Virus record (IMG/VR): IMGVR_UViG_3300021963_000098
Origin: an uncultured virus (IMG/VR IMGVR_UViG_3300021963_000098)
Taxonomy: Duplodnaviria; Heunggongvirae; Uroviricota; Caudoviricetes
Strand: one strand, 5' to 3'
Length of the DNA: 20,000 nt
Position numbers and translations under genes: made by a program. Under the pieces are notes generated by a model, which saw nothing but the letters and a program-made list of their open reading frames with translations, ran no database searches and had not been told where the DNA came from. The first letter of the stretch is position 1; every line of letters starts with the position of its first letter. Below, piece after piece: positions 16,675-20,000 of this stretch.

Positions 16675-17058
16675 ATGGCAACAACTACAACTCGAGTAAA
16701 CGGTACAGTTGGTACTGAAGATGGTGGCATTCTTGCCCCAGGCGCTAGCCTTGCTTTTTACCTCGTAACTGTGAAGGATGCAGCCGCAGCCGCTATTGAC
16801 CTTCGTCCAGAGTCAGAAGTAAACGAAGCAATTGAACTAGTGGTTCGTGCAATTCCTAGCACAATCGCTTATGACATTGCTAACGCTTCAACTGGCGTTA
16901 TCCACGTGATCACTGACGGTCATGCCGCATCTTCGGCTGCCGCATTGCAGACAGCTCTTCGTGCATTAGGTACTTCAATCGGTACCAATGGTATTGACGT
17001 GTCTGGTACAACTGTATCAGCTGGTGCTGGTTTCACAGTAGCTTCGGCAGCAGTTTAA
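16675..17058 (+). CDS. Probable abundant virion protein (Ala/Thr/Gly-rich, decoration-like)
   Basis: Own late promoter, strong AAGGAG SD, own terminator and structural-protein composition. Confidence 0.6.
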   Translation: MATTTTRVNGTVGTEDGGILAPGASLAFYLVTVKDAAAAAIDLRPESEVNEAIELVVRAIPSTIAYDIANASTGVIHVITDGHAASSAAALQTALRALGTSIGTNGIDVSGTTVSAGAGFTVASAAV

Positions 17059-17079
17059 TCTTAGACTGAGTACTAAATT

Positions 17080-17104
17080 GAAAGCCGCCGCAAGGCGGCT
17101 TTCT
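17080..17104 (+). terminator. Rho-independent terminator
   Basis: GAAAGCCGCC-GCAA-GGCGGCTTTC perfect stem with a GNRA loop and a short T-tail. Confidence 0.85.
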
Positions 17105-17123
17105 CATGACCACAGTACTGGCT

Positions 17124-17129
17124 TAAATA
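17124..17129 (+). promoter_or_regulatory. T4-like late promoter
   Basis: TAAATA just after the terminator, upstream of 17157. Confidence 0.55.
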
Positions 17130-17156
17130 GTGCATACATAATGAAGGCACAGCAAC

Positions 17157-17567
17157 GTGGAATTTTTTACATGCTACACACTGATTGATATCACTTGCAC
17201 AGGAGTCAATGATCCTGCGCAGGCACTGCCTTATCAGCAACATCAGAACTTCAACACATTCCTACAGTTCATTGGTCTTCGCACACAACCTCTGGATATA
17301 AAAGTTGAAAAATTAACACAGTGTGAACTTGATGACTTTAAGTTTGGATCCAAATATACTGGTGCCAATGATGTTTGGAAAATAACCTGGACCATTGAAG
17401 TACTGGGCTATGTTGGCGTCAATGAACTCAAGCAAGACGCAGACGGCATTCCCATACATGCCAATCTAACTGAAACAGTTGAGCTGACTTCTAGTGTATT
17501 GGAAACTCGGGATGCTCGTAATCGTAATCTGTATTTTACCAAAGAAAATAGACCCACTCAAACATAA
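17157..17567 (+). CDS. Hypothetical late protein
   Basis: 136-aa ORF with GTG start that fills the gap between two late promoters. Confidence 0.75.
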   Translation: MEFFTCYTLIDITCTGVNDPAQALPYQQHQNFNTFLQFIGLRTQPLDIKVEKLTQCELDDFKFGSKYTGANDVWKITWTIEVLGYVGVNELKQDADGIPIHANLTETVELTSSVLETRDARNRNLYFTKENRPTQT

Positions 17568-17573
17568 CTTTTC

Positions 17574-17581
17574 GATAAATA
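17574..17581 (+). promoter_or_regulatory. T4-like late promoter
   Basis: GATAAATA 7 nt after the upstream stop codon. Confidence 0.65.
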
Positions 17582-17702
17582 ATCCAGCGGTATTGTTTCC
17601 GTTTAGGCACATCATTGGACTCACTATAACACTCACTCTAGGCATGTACAGGCTCTAATAACCACGCCAACTAAGCGTGTCAATACAAAGGAGTCCAGCT
17701 CG

Positions 17703-17984
17703 ATGGCCACTAATCTCGAGAAGGAAAATCTAGAAGCACACGTGGATTTATGTGCTGAAAGATATCGTCGTTTGGAAGAAAAATTTGAAACCTTAAGCCA
17801 TCGCATGGATGCAATTGAAGAGCGATTAGAGGCAATGAGTGCAAAAAATTCCGTTCAATTTGAAGAACTCAAGAAGATGATGCGCGAAGGGCAGGAAAGC
17901 AAATTCAAAGTGCTGGTTACCACAGCCGGTAGTGTGGTTGCGGCCCTGCTGGCAACACTTGGTTATTTGATAGCAAGAAAATGA
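17703..17984 (+). CDS. Coiled-coil protein with C-terminal transmembrane helix
   Basis: AGGAG SD, heptad repeats and a hydrophobic VLVTTAGSVVAALLATLGYLIA segment followed by RK. Confidence 0.8.
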   Translation: MATNLEKENLEAHVDLCAERYRRLEEKFETLSHRMDAIEERLEAMSAKNSVQFEELKKMMREGQESKFKVLVTTAGSVVAALLATLGYLIARK

Positions 17985-18277
17985 GATTACACGAATTTTT
18001 TGATGACGATGCAGGCGAAGAAGTCATCCTGGAAGCCAAATTAGTTTGGGCGCGACGAGGCAAGAAAGTTGTGCGCAAAGTTCGCTGTACTTCCGGCCGA
18101 CGCAAAGGCCGTGCTGTGTCCAGTGCTGCCAGTTGTGGTAAGAAGATAGATATGAAGAAGCGTTTTGTAATGAAACGCACCCAGCGCAGATTCAAACAGA
18201 GAATTAAAATAAAAGCACGTAGAACCAAGAGGTTTAATCCAACCAGTAAACGTGTTGCCAAAATGAACAAGCGATAA
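17981..18277 (+). CDS. Extremely basic protein with acidic N-terminal leader
   Basis: ATGA-type overlap with the upstream gene. 7 acidic residues in the first 18, then 34 K/R in the last 80 residues. Confidence 0.8.
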   Translation: MRLHEFFDDDAGEEVILEAKLVWARRGKKVVRKVRCTSGRRKGRAVSSAASCGKKIDMKKRFVMKRTQRRFKQRIKIKARRTKRFNPTSKRVAKMNKR

Positions 18278-18282
18278 CAGTC

Positions 18283-18798
18283 ATGACACGCAAACGCAAA
18301 AACACAAAGCCTGCCGTTCAGTTGACTAACTCGCTCAGAGAAGCAGTTGACAGAGCACATGCTTTGTTGGAAGATGATTTTTACTCAGCTAGTAAATTGG
18401 TTGCCACTGCACACCGACAAGGCAACCAGTTTGTGTTTGAAAATGGCTGGGTGATCAAAACCAAAAATGAACCCTGGCTGGGCAAAAAGAAGAATTTTTA
18501 TGATGTATACAATTCAAACACAGGTATTACAGAAGCAGAAAATCTAGGACTGTTTATGTCTGCTATGGCTGTTGTTAGAGTAAACTCAAGCAAGAGAGTA
18601 AGCCGCATATTAGACACACAAACCATATTGAGATCAGACAGCAGATATCAGCATCATCTCAATGATGCCGCGCTGTTTGGCATACGATTGAAGTCATCCC
18701 ACGCTGACGAATTCAAGCGTGATTTTTACCTTATACGCATGGAAGAAGCAATGATTCATTGCAAGGCGGCTAAGACAGCTCTGCGCTCTTACATTTGA
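18283..18798 (+). CDS. Hypothetical late protein
   Basis: 171-aa ORF, co-directional and tightly packed. Confidence 0.7.
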   Translation: MTRKRKNTKPAVQLTNSLREAVDRAHALLEDDFYSASKLVATAHRQGNQFVFENGWVIKTKNEPWLGKKKNFYDVYNSNTGITEAENLGLFMSAMAVVRVNSSKRVSRILDTQTILRSDSRYQHHLNDAALFGIRLKSSHADEFKRDFYLIRMEEAMIHCKAAKTALRSYI

Positions 18799-18808
18799 GC
18801 TAACCAAG

Positions 18809-18816
18809 CATAAATA
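18809..18816 (+). promoter_or_regulatory. T4-like late promoter
   Basis: CATAAATA upstream of SD AGGAAGG and ATG 18837. Confidence 0.7.
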
Positions 18817-18836
18817 TCACTAGGAAGGTTATCAAC

Positions 18837-19517
18837 ATGAAATTAAACGATCTTGAAGTATCACAGCCACAAAAGAACACCAAGGCACGTAGGTTCTTAG
18901 AAAGCCAGCACCGAGTCAACGTAAATGTTGATGCGTCCAAGGCATCTGAACTGCTACGTAAAGTTCACAAACTCAAAGAAGAGCAGTTTTATTCTAAGAG
19001 CGATTTCCACTTAGACCCGGCATACACTAAGTTAGCTATGTTGGAACAGCTTCTCAAAGAAACAGCTGAAACCGGTGTTGTCGAGCAACTGGAAGAAGCT
19101 GACGAAATGGGCGGAACAGGCGAGAACCTTGAACAAGCTCAGTTGATTTTGGCTGTGCAAGACATGATAGATGATATCATGGGCATGGCAGAAGACCTGG
19201 CCGGCATGCAAGTTCAAAAGATGATGCCTGTTATTGCCAAAATGAAAACAGCATTTGGCATGGATCAAGCACAGACATTTGAAACATCCGTGAATGCCAC
19301 ACTCAGTGCCGCGCTTGATGCAATGAAGGCAGCACACGACGGCATGACTGATGCAGTGGCAGTGTTACAAGGACAGTCTCCTGCAATGCCTGCACCAGAC
19401 CTTGGCACTGATTCAATACCAACAGATGACACAGCTGATGCATCAGCTGGGTTGGATGCCGCAAGTGGTCCAGCTGAAGAGCCATTGGGCCGTGGGTTAA
19501 AAGATGAAGCTGTTTGA
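18837..19517 (+). CDS. Acidic helical protein, possible prohead core/scaffold
   Basis: Several L-x-E sites, a helical core and a P/D/A-rich tail ending EEPLGR. Under a late promoter. Confidence 0.55.
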   Translation: MKLNDLEVSQPQKNTKARRFLESQHRVNVNVDASKASELLRKVHKLKEEQFYSKSDFHLDPAYTKLAMLEQLLKETAETGVVEQLEEADEMGGTGENLEQAQLILAVQDMIDDIMGMAEDLAGMQVQKMMPVIAKMKTAFGMDQAQTFETSVNATLSAALDAMKAAHDGMTDAVAVLQGQSPAMPAPDLGTDSIPTDDTADASAGLDAASGPAEEPLGRGLKDEAV

Positions 19518-19818
19518 AGTTGATTCGCAACTGGATGATCTAAGAGACGAAGTCTCAGGACTCATACTTGCTGCCAAAGCCGCTGGTATGAGTGAGATTT
19601 CTCCTAATCAATTGTTGTTTGATCTGCGACGCAGTGGTAATAACATGGGCATAGATGAGCTTATGTTGTTGCTCAGAGGACTTCCGGGTGTTGAAAATTC
19701 CAACCCTCGTTCAATACAGATTTCTACCACATCGCCAGAAGAAAAACTAAAACAAAAAGACGATGAGATTGTTAGTAAAATGGCATCAAAGTCGTTGGAT
19801 AAGAAACTAGGATCATAA
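19504..19818 (+). CDS. Hypothetical late protein
   Basis: 104-aa ORF overlapping the upstream stop, with N-terminus MKLFEV. Confidence 0.75.
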   Translation: MKLFEVDSQLDDLRDEVSGLILAAKAAGMSEISPNQLLFDLRRSGNNMGIDELMLLLRGLPGVENSNPRSIQISTTSPEEKLKQKDDEIVSKMASKSLDKKLGS

Positions 19819-19819
19819 C

Positions 19820-20000
19820 ATGCCATCATACACTCCAATGTTAACTGCAACTGAGTCTCGTGCCAAGTCTCGAAATGACCGTGTGATATTTGACGAAATC
19901 AGAGACATTGAATCTGAAATTTTAGACGCAGTTGAAGCAGGAGATTATGAAACGGCAGTGTCCGGAACCACAATGACTGACACTGGTGCTGGTATTGCTG
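19820..20000 (+). CDS. Hypothetical protein, 3' end outside the window
   Basis: ATG 19820 after AGGA. Frame is open to the window end (MPSYTPMLTATESRAKSRNDRVIFDEIRDIE...). Confidence 0.7.
   Translation, partial: MPSYTPMLTATESRAKSRNDRVIFDEIRDIESEILDAVEAGDYETAVSGTTMTDTGAGIA

Noticed and set aside
17618..17628. GACTCACTATA, matching the T7 promoter core
   Set aside because: The upstream TAATAC and downstream GGG are absent, and there is no sign of a single-subunit RNA polymerase or vector sequence. Probably chance.
1234..19850. Numerous antisense and alternate-frame ORFs in the track (e.g. 7986-8540, 11648-12091, 13946-14374, 17917-18360)
   Set aside because: They shadow well-supported genes and have no motifs, SD or promoter support.
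1..20000. Stop-codon reassignment as seen in some large phages
   Set aside because: Genes are full length under code 11, and TAA, TAG and TGA all end genes at tight junctions.

Overview
This window is part of a large, T4-like-transcribed lytic dsDNA phage genome (jumbo/myovirus-type gene content, standard genetic code, probably a proteobacterial host). The left two-thirds is a recombination/replication module: UvsX/RecA (partial), UvsY, an AAA+ ATPase, UvsW helicase, gp62-like and gp59-like proteins, a 193-aa miniature DnaE-type polymerase core, TOPRIM primase and DnaB/gp41 helicase. It is interrupted by accessory genes: a restriction-like nuclease, a ParB/Srx-fold plus two putative nuclease genes, and a fatty-acid desaturase. 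The right third is a late-gene block driven by (A)TAAATA promoters, encoding probable virion/head-internal proteins, including a KxDG ligase-like enzyme and a protamine-like protein. Notable features are three sigma70-like promoters positioned for leaderless translation of replication genes, back-to-back late promoters, a repeat-rich intergenic region at 1987-2197 and a structured leader at 17582-17702. No tRNA, rRNA, CRISPR array or IS element was seen. All family calls come from motif recognition by eye, not from database searches.
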